DNA from: a bacterium
Lineage (GTDB): Bacteria; Bacillota_I; Bacilli_A; RFN20; CAG-826
Assembly (NCBI GenBank): GCA_963638555.1
Contig: CAVHQU010000001.1
Location: 99,560 to 163,559, forward strand
Length of the DNA stretch: 64,000 bases
Direction of reading: 5' to 3'
Below the pieces are notes generated by a model. It was not told the DNA's origin and searched no databases. It saw only the letters and a list, made by a program, of their open reading frames with translations. Positions 26,637 through 35,530 of this stretch are shown here, piece after piece. Position 1 is the first letter of the stretch. Each line of letters starts with the position of its first letter. The position numbers and the translations under genes were made by a program.

Positions 26637-28003
26637 TTAACAGTAAGGGTGAAAAATGAAATATTTATACGAATCATCACCAAGAATTTTATCTAAATCA
26701 AAATTTGTATTCTTGAGACCTTCAATAGAATCTAAATTCTTTTGATTATCCTCTTGCCCTAGACCAGTGCCAGAGGCAAATGTATATACATTATTAGCCG
26801 ATGAGGACCCTTCACTGATAAACTTCAAAGTATAAAAAGCCAGAGCATCCCAATTATCATTTGGCACAATAGTTTAATCGCGATGATTGTACATAAGCCT
26901 GTCTTTGATATAAGACCAAGCTAATCATAAATTTCTTCCGGCTTCGTTATTTTTAAGGTCCATATCAACAGCTATCATTTCATCTTCAGTATCGACTTCG
27001 CCATTTTTTAATGGCCCATATTCATGAGCATCGGCAATGGCCTTTGCTTCTTCCTTACCAAACTGAACTCTCATCAACACATTCCAATAAACGTGTCGAT
27101 AAGCATCTACGGTATTGTTTGAATCAGTTTCATATTTACCTTTGTCAAAAAAATATGTTAACGCCTTATCCTCGGCCTTTTCTTTTATCGCTAAGGCACT
27201 CGAAGCTTGCATATAAATGGAAGAATAATGGGTAACAACCGCTACTTCATATCTATTACACTGTTTAAGAAAATCAGAATCAAAATAAGAAATAATCTTT
27301 TTAATTCTTCTGCCAATGTCAAAAGTTACAAGGCCTTATGCTGGACATATTAGCGCATTTAAAACGATTAAGAGTGGCATTTTGTCATCAAGATTTCTTA
27401 AATGTTGACAATTCCCCTGAAACTCCTCCAAAATGAGATCCAGGTATGCAAAATTATACCCATCAAAAAATCTTCCTTTAGAAGAGATTCCATCATCTTC
27501 CTTAGCAGCAACGAGGCTCGTAGCTTCATTTAAAGTAAGATTTTTCTCAGAGACAATTGTTTTTAAATTCAAAAAATCGACGGAAAACGTTGAAGAACTT
27601 CGATCTGGCACACGTTTGGTACCATTTAATGAGTTTGATGGTATATATTCGGGGCAACCAACAGACAAATACAAATCAAGCGTCTATTAAAGAAACAAAT
27701 CGGTTTTTTCATCGTCACCAAGCTTAATCTCTACTAAATCTTCGAATGGTGAACCAATAACATAGTCATATTTTTCTAAATTTCTAAACGCCTTAGATAT
27801 TGTTCTTTTACTGTAGCGGAGTCTTCACAATTTAAATTGTCTATGATTTTATCAGCCATCTCCTCCTCGGAAATCCCTGGATAAGCAGCAGATATACTAG
27901 CAAATTGTTCCTGAATGCTTGCAGAAATATCTTCTTTATTAGCATTGACTGTAGAGTTATTTAAAGAAATGGCACCAAGCACCAGCAAACACGTAATATT
28001 CAT
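26637..28003 (-). pseudogene. decayed gene for a secreted protein containing a DUF6973-like region; one frameshift plus five in-frame stops
   Basis: Fragments 27336-27674, 26925-27212 and 26637-26867 share one frame. They are separated only by TAA-TAG (27684-27689), TAA (27336-27338), TGA (26925-26927) and TAA (26874-26876). Codons between the stops stay open (for example 41 sense codons upstream of the ATG at 27212). The N-terminal fragment 27776-28003 has a signal-peptide-like start and is offset by one frame. The motif DAYRHVYWNVLM...ADAHE is present. Confidence 0.5.
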
Positions 28004-28009
28004 ATGTTC

Positions 28010-28037
28010 ATTATAAGAATAAAATATATACAGTCAA
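28010..28037 (-). promoter_or_regulatory. near-consensus sigma-70 promoter of the islet with leaderless geometry
   Basis: On the minus strand: TTGACT (28032-28037), 16 nt, TATAAT (28010-28015), 6 nt (gaacat), then ATG at 28003. Confidence 0.55.
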
Positions 28038-28066
28038 CAAAAAAGCCCTCGCCATAAGTGAGGGCT
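28038..28066 (-). terminator. rho-independent terminator after rpiB
   Basis: Stem AGCCCTC (28044-28050) / GAGGGCT (28060-28066), followed on the minus strand by T6. Confidence 0.7.
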
Positions 28067-28074
28067 CTATTTTA

Positions 28075-28512
28075 TCATTTTTCTAAATTAGCAATTTTCG
28101 CGACTCTTTCAACGTGACGCCCACCTTCAAATGGCGTATTTAAGAATAAATCAACACGTGGAAGAACTTCTTCGACAGTCATAAATCTTCCTGCAAACGC
28201 AATCATATTTCCGTCATTATGTTGTCTAAGAAGTTTCGAAACTTCATCATTATATCCAATACCGCAACGGATTCCTTTAATTTTATTTGCGGCAATAGAA
28301 ATGCCTTCGGCTGACCCACAGCAAACTATTCCATAATCCGCTTCTTTTGAGGCGACAACTCTGCCAACTTTTGCTCCGTAATCAGGATAATCAACTCTAT
28401 CTGGAGTAGAAGGCCCTTCGTCAAGAACATCGTATTCCTTGCTAATGAGATACTTTTTGATTTCTTCCTTTAATTCAAAACCAGCGTGATCAGAACCTAA
28501 TGCAACTTTCAT
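28075..28512 (-). CDS. rpiB: ribose-5-phosphate isomerase B
   Basis: 145 aa containing MKVALGSDHAGFELKEEIKKYL...GIVCCGSAEGISIAANK. Confidence 0.93.
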   Translation of the reverse strand: MKVALGSDHAGFELKEEIKKYLISKEYDVLDEGPSTPDRVDYPDYGAKVGRVVASKEADYGIVCCGSAEGISIAANKIKGIRCGIGYNDEVSKLLRQHNDGNMIAFAGRFMTVEEVLPRVDLFLNTPFEGGRHVERVAKIANLEK

Positions 28513-29123
28513 TTTGTCTCCTCCCAGACTTTTTTTATTTCTTCAAATGGAATTGGTCCATTTCTAACCAAAGTAATTTTACCATCTTTTGATAAATCAA
28601 CAATTGTGCTAGCAACTTGTGATACGCATTCACCAGAGACTATTCCACCAATTTGATTGTCAAAATAGCCAAGCACTTCATCATAATTTCTTGATGTTGG
28701 TTTCCCGGATATGTTAGCTGATGTAAGCAAAACAGGTTTGCCGAATTCATCTAATAAATTTGTTATATATGTATATGCTGGAACACGTATGCCAATTACA
28801 TTAGTTCCTAAGGTTACGTGCCATGGCAAATCTTTTTTAGCATTGACTAGAACAGTTAATTCCCCTGGAAGGAATTTCTCCATAATAGTTCTTGCACGTT
28901 CATCAACTTCAACATAATTCAATGCTTGTTCTACTGAAGCACATGCTAAGGCAAATGGTTTATCTGGCGATCTTCTTTTAACATCAACCATTTTTTGGAA
29001 CGCTTCCTTAGAATCGTAAGCTACGCAAATTCCATAAACAGTTTCGGTAGGTAAAGCCAATACTTCATTATTTTGAAGGACTTTTACAGCCGATTTTACG
29101 TTTTTTTGATTTAAATATTCCAT
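28509..29123 (-). CDS. tsaC: L-threonylcarbamoyladenylate synthase (TsaC/YwlC, Sua5 family)
   Basis: 204 aa with ..LALPTETVYGI.. and ..LLTSANISGKP.. motifs. Confidence 0.88.
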   Translation of the reverse strand: MEYLNQKNVKSAVKVLQNNEVLALPTETVYGICVAYDSKEAFQKMVDVKRRSPDKPFALACASVEQALNYVEVDERARTIMEKFLPGELTVLVNAKKDLPWHVTLGTNVIGIRVPAYTYITNLLDEFGKPVLLTSANISGKPTSRNYDEVLGYFDNQIGGIVSGECVSQVASTIVDLSKDGKITLVRNGPIPFEEIKKVWEETK

Positions 29124-29137
29124 TTTACAACTACCTT

Positions 29138-29986
29138 CTATTCTTCATATATGAATAAGAAACGAGTAAATCCATTCAAATCTTTTTCAAATGAATACTC
29201 TGGTTTGTCCATGTATTTGTTTATTAAATCTACTAGGTATGCTTCTAAATCTGGAGATATTTCAAAAACCATTAAAATGTCTCCTTTTTTAACTTTCTTA
29301 TAATCTCTTAAGATTGACTCATAAACAGAGTGGTTTTTATCAAGCCATAATGCACTAGATGGTTCATATTTTCTTACTGATTCTTGTGCGTCTTCTTTAT
29401 TGAGAATATAGGGTGGGTTTGAGATGATGATATCAAGATTAACCTTATTCTCTATATATGGAGTTAAAGCATCCCCTAACATTGCTTGAACATTAATACC
29501 ATTTTCATGGAAGTTACGCTTAGCAACAGCAAGTGCCTTCTCTGAGATGTCTGATGCAGCTAAAAGCCAATTTGGAAAATACGACTTAAGAGCGAGAGGA
29601 ATGCATCCGCTACCAGTTCCAACATCTCCACATACTAAGTACATTCTTGGATCGTAATACTTGTTTATTTTCTCAGAGAGCATCGCAATCATTTCTTCAG
29701 TTTCGCCACGAGGAATTAAAACATTCTTGTCCACATATAGTTTTTGTCCTAAGAAATCAGCTTCACCAACGATGTATTCAACAGGCATATCTTCGTCAAT
29801 CAAAAGATGATACTGATTTTTGAAGAGTTCATAATTCCTCATTGGCTTATCTTTATTCAAAATAACGTCAATTTGTTCAGAAAAGTTTTCATCTTTCATG
29901 ACTAAAAGGCGTAAGTCAACTGACTGCACACCTTTTTCTTTACCATATTCATATGCTTCTTTTAAAGCTTCATTGATGCTTGGCAT
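29138..29986 (-). CDS. prmC: release-factor glutamine methyltransferase
   Basis: 282 aa with SAM motif DVGTGSG and catalytic NPPY. Overlaps the prfA stop. Confidence 0.9.
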   Translation of the reverse strand: MPSINEALKEAYEYGKEKGVQSVDLRLLVMKDENFSEQIDVILNKDKPMRNYELFKNQYHLLIDEDMPVEYIVGEADFLGQKLYVDKNVLIPRGETEEMIAMLSEKINKYYDPRMYLVCGDVGTGSGCIPLALKSYFPNWLLAASDISEKALAVAKRNFHENGINVQAMLGDALTPYIENKVNLDIIISNPPYILNKEDAQESVRKYEPSSALWLDKNHSVYESILRDYKKVKKGDILMVFEISPDLEAYLVDLINKYMDKPEYSFEKDLNGFTRFLFIYEE

Positions 29987-31070
29987 CTTTCATTCCGCTT
30001 TCTAAGAGTTTTTGCTCTTGATCATAATGAATTAAGGCATCAATGACAGGTTCAAGATCCCCTTCCATTACTCTATCTAAATTATTTGTCGTAAATCCGA
30101 TACGATGATCAGTAACACGATTTTGTGGATAGTTATATGTACGAATCTTTTCGCTTCTTTCACCAGTACCGACTTTAAGTTTTCTTTCTGAATCACGAGC
30201 TGTGTCCTCTAGGGATTGGTAGTAATCCTTAACCTTGGCTCTAATCATACGCATACAGATTTCTTTGTTTTGAAGTTGAGCTTTTTCTGTTTGACAAGAA
30301 ACGACAATACCTGTTGGCAAGTGGGTTACACGAACGGCCGATTCCGTTTTATTAACGTTTTGGCCACCTGCGCCTTGAGAACGATATGTATCAATTTTTA
30401 AATCGGCTGGATTGATTTTAACATCAACTTCTTCCGCCTCAGGCATAACAAGAACGGTTGCAGTTGAAGTGTGAATGCGCCCTGATGCTTCAGTCTTAGG
30501 AACGCGTTGAACACGGTGGGCGCCGCTTTCAAACTTAAGTTTCGAGTAAACGTTTTCGCCCTTAACCATGAATGAAACATAAGAATATCCACCAGACGAA
30601 CCTTCTTCACCATCGATATATTGGAGTTTCCAGCCTTGTTCTTCACAATAACGTGTATACATGCGGAAAAGATCACCAGCGAAAATATTGGCTTCATCTC
30701 CCCCTACGGCACCACGAAGTTCAACAATAATGTTCTTTGAATCATTTGGATCGGCTGGAATAAGTTGGATCTTAAGGTCTTCTTCCATCTTTTCCATCTC
30801 ATTGAGCATTTCTTTTCTTTCTTCTTTAAGAACTTCAACAAGCTCAGGATCTTCTCCACTTGAAATGAGTTCTAACGCATCTTTTGCATCGCTTTCAAGT
30901 TTTGAGTATTTCTTATAAGCTTCATAAGCGTTCTCTAATGACGCTCTTTCCTTTGACAAATCGGTAAGTCTTTTGACATCATCTCCAATTGCTGGATCCG
31001 CTAATTCGACTTCAATTTCTTCATATCTTTTCTTAACGACTTCGAGTCGTTTACGCATACTATCTTCCAT
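29970..31070 (-). CDS. prfA: peptide chain release factor 1
   Basis: 366 aa with RVQRVPKTEASGRIHTS (PxT tripeptide region) and GAGGQNVNK (GGQ). Confidence 0.95.
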   Translation of the reverse strand: MEDSMRKRLEVVKKRYEEIEVELADPAIGDDVKRLTDLSKERASLENAYEAYKKYSKLESDAKDALELISSGEDPELVEVLKEERKEMLNEMEKMEEDLKIQLIPADPNDSKNIIVELRGAVGGDEANIFAGDLFRMYTRYCEEQGWKLQYIDGEEGSSGGYSYVSFMVKGENVYSKLKFESGAHRVQRVPKTEASGRIHTSTATVLVMPEAEEVDVKINPADLKIDTYRSQGAGGQNVNKTESAVRVTHLPTGIVVSCQTEKAQLQNKEICMRMIRAKVKDYYQSLEDTARDSERKLKVGTGERSEKIRTYNYPQNRVTDHRIGFTTNNLDRVMEGDLEPVIDALIHYDQEQKLLESGMKDAKHQ

Positions 31071-31192
31071 AATGGTTCTCCATTCGAGGTTTATTCTACC
31101 ATAAATTAGCCATACTTGTTAGGTTATAAAAAAGGTATCTTCTAACTAGTTAGAATAGAAAGAAAATTGTATAATGATAAAGGTAATAAAAT

Positions 31193-32995
31193 ATGTCATA
31201 CAAAGCACTCTATTTAAAATATCGTCCGCAAACCTTTGAAGAGGTCGCAGGGCAAAGCGTCATCGTTCGAACTCTCAAAAATGCACTTGCTAATGATAAA
31301 TTAGCTCATGCCTATCTTTTTGCCGGCCCTCGTGGAACTGGTAAAACTTCCATGGCTCGTCTTTTAGCAAAAGCTCTTAACTGCGATGAAGGCGTCGGAC
31401 ATCAATGTAATCACTGCTCAAATTGTGCATCCATATCTGATGGTTCCCATCCTGACGTTGTTGAAATAGACGCAGCATCCAACAATGGCGTCGATCAAGT
31501 CCGCGATTTAATTGAAAAAGTAACATACGCCCCCCTTAAAGGCAGATATAAAGTCTATATTATAGACGAAGTTCACATGATGACTGATGCTGCTTTTAAT
31601 GCTCTTTTGAAAACAATCGAAGAGCCACCAGAGGACGTTATCTTTATATTATGTACGACAGAACCATATAAAGTTTTGCCTACAATCCTCTCTCGTTGTC
31701 AAAGATTTGATTTCGGCAAGATTTCAGAAGATGATATGGAAAAGAAACTTGTCGAAATTTTGCAAAATGAAAATGCAACATATGATTCTAAAGCCTTACG
31801 CCTAGTCATGAAACTATCTGATGGCGGTATGCGCGACGCTTTATCAATCCTCGATCAGGTTTTGGCCTTCTCCTCTTCTTCATTGAATGAAGCTGATGTC
31901 TTGGCTATATACGGTTTGGCATCAGATGATGAGAAAGTAGATTTACTCTTGTCTTTAAAGAATGGTGATGTAGCTAGGGTAGTTGGAAAATCCGAATCAT
32001 ACTTAGCTGGCGGAATCGACATTAGAAGATTAGTCGCGGAATTAATTACATTCTTGAAAGATTTGCTGGTTTATGAAAAGACAGTTGATGCTTCACTCAT
32101 GGATGAATTGAGCATTGAACACGCCAAAGAACTTTCTAAGAAAATTGGTCCAAAAGATTGCAACGCAATGCTTAGCGATTTCATTGCTGCTCAAAATGAT
32201 TTCAAAAACGTCTCAGATATACGTTCGCTCTTTGAATTAACTTTATTGAGAATTGCTTCGAGACAGGAAAAGCAAGAAAACGTACCTCAAGTTGATGAGA
32301 CACCAATTACAAAGCCAATGCCAAAAGCTGAGTCTAAGCCAGAGCCAAAAATTGAAGTTAAACCCGTTGCAAAACCGATTGAAAAGCCTATCATTGAAGA
32401 AAAAGAGCCGATGCGTGTATCAAAAAACGATGAGGAAGCGCCTGATTGGCTATTCGAAGAAGATAAACCAATCGAACAACCAAAAGTAGCCGTTTCAGAG
32501 TCAAAACCTACCGCTACTGAGCAAAAGCCTCTAGAACCTATTGATACATCATTAATCACTAGACCATATATTGCAACTGATGGCCCTACATTCTCAATAC
32601 CAGACGAGCAACTTATCAATATCCTTGTTCTCGCTGATAGAAATGAAAAACTAATGTTAAACAACAATTGGAAAAGACTCGAAACATTACGTTTAGATCC
32701 GCAATTTGGACCATTAGCAAGCTTATTATTAGATGCAAAACCATTTGCCTTATGTAAAGAGGCACTTATCATCTCATACCGTTATCAAGCTAAAGCGAAA
32801 CGTGCCAATATTGCGAACAATCAAATCGCTTTAGAGCAATTGGTTTCCACTATTCTTGGTCGTAAAGTGTTTATTTACGCTATCGACCCAGAAACTCAAT
32901 CAAGGCTTTTGAAAGACTTCACGGCTAAGCAGCAAATATCTGCTCTTCCAAAGAAAGATGAAGTCGAATTGAAATTACCATCAATGCAAATGTAA
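31193..32995 (+). CDS. dnaX: DNA polymerase III subunit tau (gamma/tau)
   Basis: 600 aa with Walker A GPRGTGKTS, a zinc module CxxC..CxxC and SRC motif LSRCQRF, followed by a P/K/E-rich linker and a C-terminal domain. Confidence 0.95.
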   Translation: MSYKALYLKYRPQTFEEVAGQSVIVRTLKNALANDKLAHAYLFAGPRGTGKTSMARLLAKALNCDEGVGHQCNHCSNCASISDGSHPDVVEIDAASNNGVDQVRDLIEKVTYAPLKGRYKVYIIDEVHMMTDAAFNALLKTIEEPPEDVIFILCTTEPYKVLPTILSRCQRFDFGKISEDDMEKKLVEILQNENATYDSKALRLVMKLSDGGMRDALSILDQVLAFSSSSLNEADVLAIYGLASDDEKVDLLLSLKNGDVARVVGKSESYLAGGIDIRRLVAELITFLKDLLVYEKTVDASLMDELSIEHAKELSKKIGPKDCNAMLSDFIAAQNDFKNVSDIRSLFELTLLRIASRQEKQENVPQVDETPITKPMPKAESKPEPKIEVKPVAKPIEKPIIEEKEPMRVSKNDEEAPDWLFEEDKPIEQPKVAVSESKPTATEQKPLEPIDTSLITRPYIATDGPTFSIPDEQLINILVLADRNEKLMLNNNWKRLETLRLDPQFGPLASLLLDAKPFALCKEALIISYRYQAKAKRANIANNQIALEQLVSTILGRKVFIYAIDPETQSRLLKDFTAKQQISALPKKDEVELKLPSMQM

Positions 32996-33010
32996 TAAGG
33001 AGAAAATATT

Positions 33011-33313
33011 ATGAATCAAATGCAACAAATGCTTGTACAAGCGCAAAAAATGCAACGTCAACTTCAAAAAGCTCACGCTGAGCTTGAAGCAAAAGAGTTC
33101 AAAATTGAAAAGGCGGGCTTAGTTACTGTCGTCTTAACCGGAGACAAGAAAATCAAATCCATCGACATTGACAAAGACGCTTTAAATCCTGATGATGCTG
33201 AAATGATTCAAGACACCATTATCTCTGCTATAAATGAAGCTTTAGATCAAATCAGTGAAGAATCAGCAAAGATTGAAGAGGAAATTACCGGTCGTTCTGG
33301 CGGATTATTCTAA
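33011..33313 (+). CDS. ybaB: YbaB/EbfC-family nucleoid-associated protein
   Basis: 100 aa, MNQMQQMLVQAQKMQRQLQKA..., in the conserved dnaX-ybaB-recR order. Confidence 0.9.
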   Translation: MNQMQQMLVQAQKMQRQLQKAHAELEAKEFKIEKAGLVTVVLTGDKKIKSIDIDKDALNPDDAEMIQDTIISAINEALDQISEESAKIEEEITGRSGGLF

Positions 33314-33909
33314 TGAAAGAATTAAATTCGATACAAATTTTAATAGACTCATTTTCTAAGCTTCCTGGAGTAGGCGTTAAATCTGCCGAAAGAATGGCTT
33401 ATGCCGTCTTGAATTTTCAAGAAGAGGATAGACAGGCTTTTGCCGAAGCACTTTCGACACTTTCAAAAAAGGTCCATAAGTGCCCAAATTGTGGCCTTTA
33501 TACCGAGAATCCAAATGAATGCGATATTTGTTTGGATTCCGAACGCGATCATAATGTCATCTGTGTGGTTTCAGAGATCAAAGATGCTTATGCCATTGAA
33601 CGAATGAATTCCTTTAAAGGAATATATCACGTATTAGGCGGATCAATTAACCTTGCGAAGGGAATCGGTGCTGAAGAATTAGCCATACCATCCTTACTAA
33701 GACGTATCGAAGAAAACAATATCAGTGAAGTAATACTTGCAACCTCTTCAACTATTGAAGGGGAAACCACTTCTCTTTACATAGCAAAATTGTTAGAAGG
33801 GAAAGCGAATGTTACAAGATTAGGATATGGATTACCTATGGGGTCTTCGCTTGATTACGCTGACCCTTTAACACTAAGCAAAGCCTTTGAAGGCAGAAAG
33901 AAAATATAG
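33313..33909 (+). CDS. recR: recombination protein RecR
   Basis: 198 aa with HhH LPGVGVKSAERMA, zinc finger CPNCG...CDIC and a Toprim region. Confidence 0.95.
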   Translation: MKELNSIQILIDSFSKLPGVGVKSAERMAYAVLNFQEEDRQAFAEALSTLSKKVHKCPNCGLYTENPNECDICLDSERDHNVICVVSEIKDAYAIERMNSFKGIYHVLGGSINLAKGIGAEELAIPSLLRRIEENNISEVILATSSTIEGETTSLYIAKLLEGKANVTRLGYGLPMGSSLDYADPLTLSKAFEGRKKI

Positions 33910-33912
33910 ATT

Positions 33913-34533
33913 ATGTTCATCACATTTGAAGGCGGAGAAGGATCCGGAAAAACAACATGTATCAATCGAGTTGTCGAAACTCTTAAACAGCAAGGAAAAG
34001 ATATTGTACTTACAAGAGAACCAGGCGGAACCCCTATTTCTGAAGAAATAAGGAATGTAATTCTCGACAAGAAAAATACAGATATGGATCCGCGCACTGA
34101 AGCATTACTTTACGCTGCTTCAAGAAGGCAACATATAATTCAAAAAATTTTACCATCATTAAAAGAAGGCAAGATTGTCATATCTGATCGTTTCCTTGAT
34201 TCATCTTTAGCATACCAAGGAGTTGCTAGAGGATTAGGTATTGATGAAATCTATAAAGTAAATCAATATGCGACAGAAGGATTAGAACCTGACATCACCT
34301 TCTTCTTCGATATTGTCCCTGAAGAAGGTTTAAAAAGAATTGCCGCCAATGCCGGTAGAGAAGTAAATCGTCTTGATGTTGAAAAACTTTCTTTTCACCA
34401 TGATGTAAGAAACGCCTTCCTTGAATTAGCAAAACGTTTCCCAAATAGAATCGTCATCATTGATGCAAGCAAAGATAAAGATGGCGTTTACAATGACGTC
34501 ATGGATGAAATTAATAAGAGATTAGAAAAATAA
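33913..34533 (+). CDS. tmk: thymidylate kinase
   Basis: 206 aa with MFITFEGGEGSGKTT (P-loop) and DRF..SSLAYQG. Confidence 0.93.
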   Translation: MFITFEGGEGSGKTTCINRVVETLKQQGKDIVLTREPGGTPISEEIRNVILDKKNTDMDPRTEALLYAASRRQHIIQKILPSLKEGKIVISDRFLDSSLAYQGVARGLGIDEIYKVNQYATEGLEPDITFFFDIVPEEGLKRIAANAGREVNRLDVEKLSFHHDVRNAFLELAKRFPNRIVIIDASKDKDGVYNDVMDEINKRLEK

Positions 34534-35528
34534 TGAATTTTGAAGAGTATTTGCAAACATATCAACCACTCGTATATCAAACGTTTACTAATGCCATAAC
34601 TAGTGGGAAATTAGCGCACGCATACCTTCTTTCTGGAGAAAATGGCATTCCTTTGATGGAAACCGCTACCTTTATCGCTAAGTCGTTAGTATGCGACAAT
34701 CCAAGTCCCTTAGCTTGTGATAATTGTGTTTCTTGCAAAAGAATTGACCATAAAACATATGCTGATTTCGCAATACTCGATGGAAGAGAAGGACAAATCA
34801 AAAAGGGCGATGTTCAAGATATCGTTGGTGATTTTTCAAAGACCCCTATGGAATCAAAGGGCGTTATGATTTATATCATCAACCTTGTCGAAAACATGAA
34901 CGTGCAAGCAATTAACTCATTGCTCAAATTCTTAGAAGAACCACCAGCAAAAACATACGCAATTTTAACAACTGAAAACGAAACAAAAGTCTTACCAACT
35001 ATTATTTCTCGTTGCGAAAAGTTAAGGATGGTTTTAGTGCCTAAAGACATCGTAAAAGAGGAAGCAATATCCTTTGGCGTATCTGAGGAGGATGCAGAGT
35101 TATTAGTTCCATTCTTTAACAACACACAAATATTAAAAGAGAAAAGTTTGGATGAATCTTATCTTCTGGCAAAAGAATTATTCGTTAGGCTGTTAGATGT
35201 ATTTTCGAAAGATATGTCCGATATCGTTTTTGAGTTTGAAAATGCCATATTACCAATAATTCTAGATAGCAAAAAAGCGGGTGGATTCTTGAATGCTCAA
35301 ACATTCTTGGATATGATTGCTCTTGCATTCAAAGATGCAATATCTCTAAATAACGGGCAAAATATATCTCTAAACGCTTATAAAGATAAAATAAACGCAA
35401 TGAGCGCAAACTTGCCCCACTTAAATCAATCTCTAACTGAGATTCTGAAAATCAGAAATATATTAAACACTAACATCAATTCTTCTTTGGCGTTGATGCA
35501 TCTCATTTTGTTTATCACGGAGGCTTAA
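34533..35528 (+). CDS. holB: DNA polymerase III subunit delta'
   Basis: 331 aa containing ..KLAHAYLLSG..., a zinc-module-like CDNC.SC, ..NSLLKFLEEPP.. and TIISRC. Confidence 0.85.
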   Translation: MNFEEYLQTYQPLVYQTFTNAITSGKLAHAYLLSGENGIPLMETATFIAKSLVCDNPSPLACDNCVSCKRIDHKTYADFAILDGREGQIKKGDVQDIVGDFSKTPMESKGVMIYIINLVENMNVQAINSLLKFLEEPPAKTYAILTTENETKVLPTIISRCEKLRMVLVPKDIVKEEAISFGVSEEDAELLVPFFNNTQILKEKSLDESYLLAKELFVRLLDVFSKDMSDIVFEFENAILPIILDSKKAGGFLNAQTFLDMIALAFKDAISLNNGQNISLNAYKDKINAMSANLPHLNQSLTEILKIRNILNTNINSSLALMHLILFITEA

Positions 35529-35530
35529 AT

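Noticed and set aside
31071-31192. Divergent prfA/dnaX spacer as a replication origin or as the SRP RNA (scr) locus that precedes dnaX in Bacillus.
   Set aside because: No DnaA-box cluster and no dnaA/dnaN nearby. Gene orientation flips again at 37.3 kb. The 122-bp spacer is AT-rich, with no GGAA-tetraloop domain IV-like sequence.
32287-32772. 161-aa ORF antisense to the dnaX linker region, and the +1-frame ORF 32253-32489.
   Set aside because: They are products of the low-complexity P/K/E-coding repeat. Their composition (S/G/F-rich or K/Q/S-rich) is typical of shadow frames.
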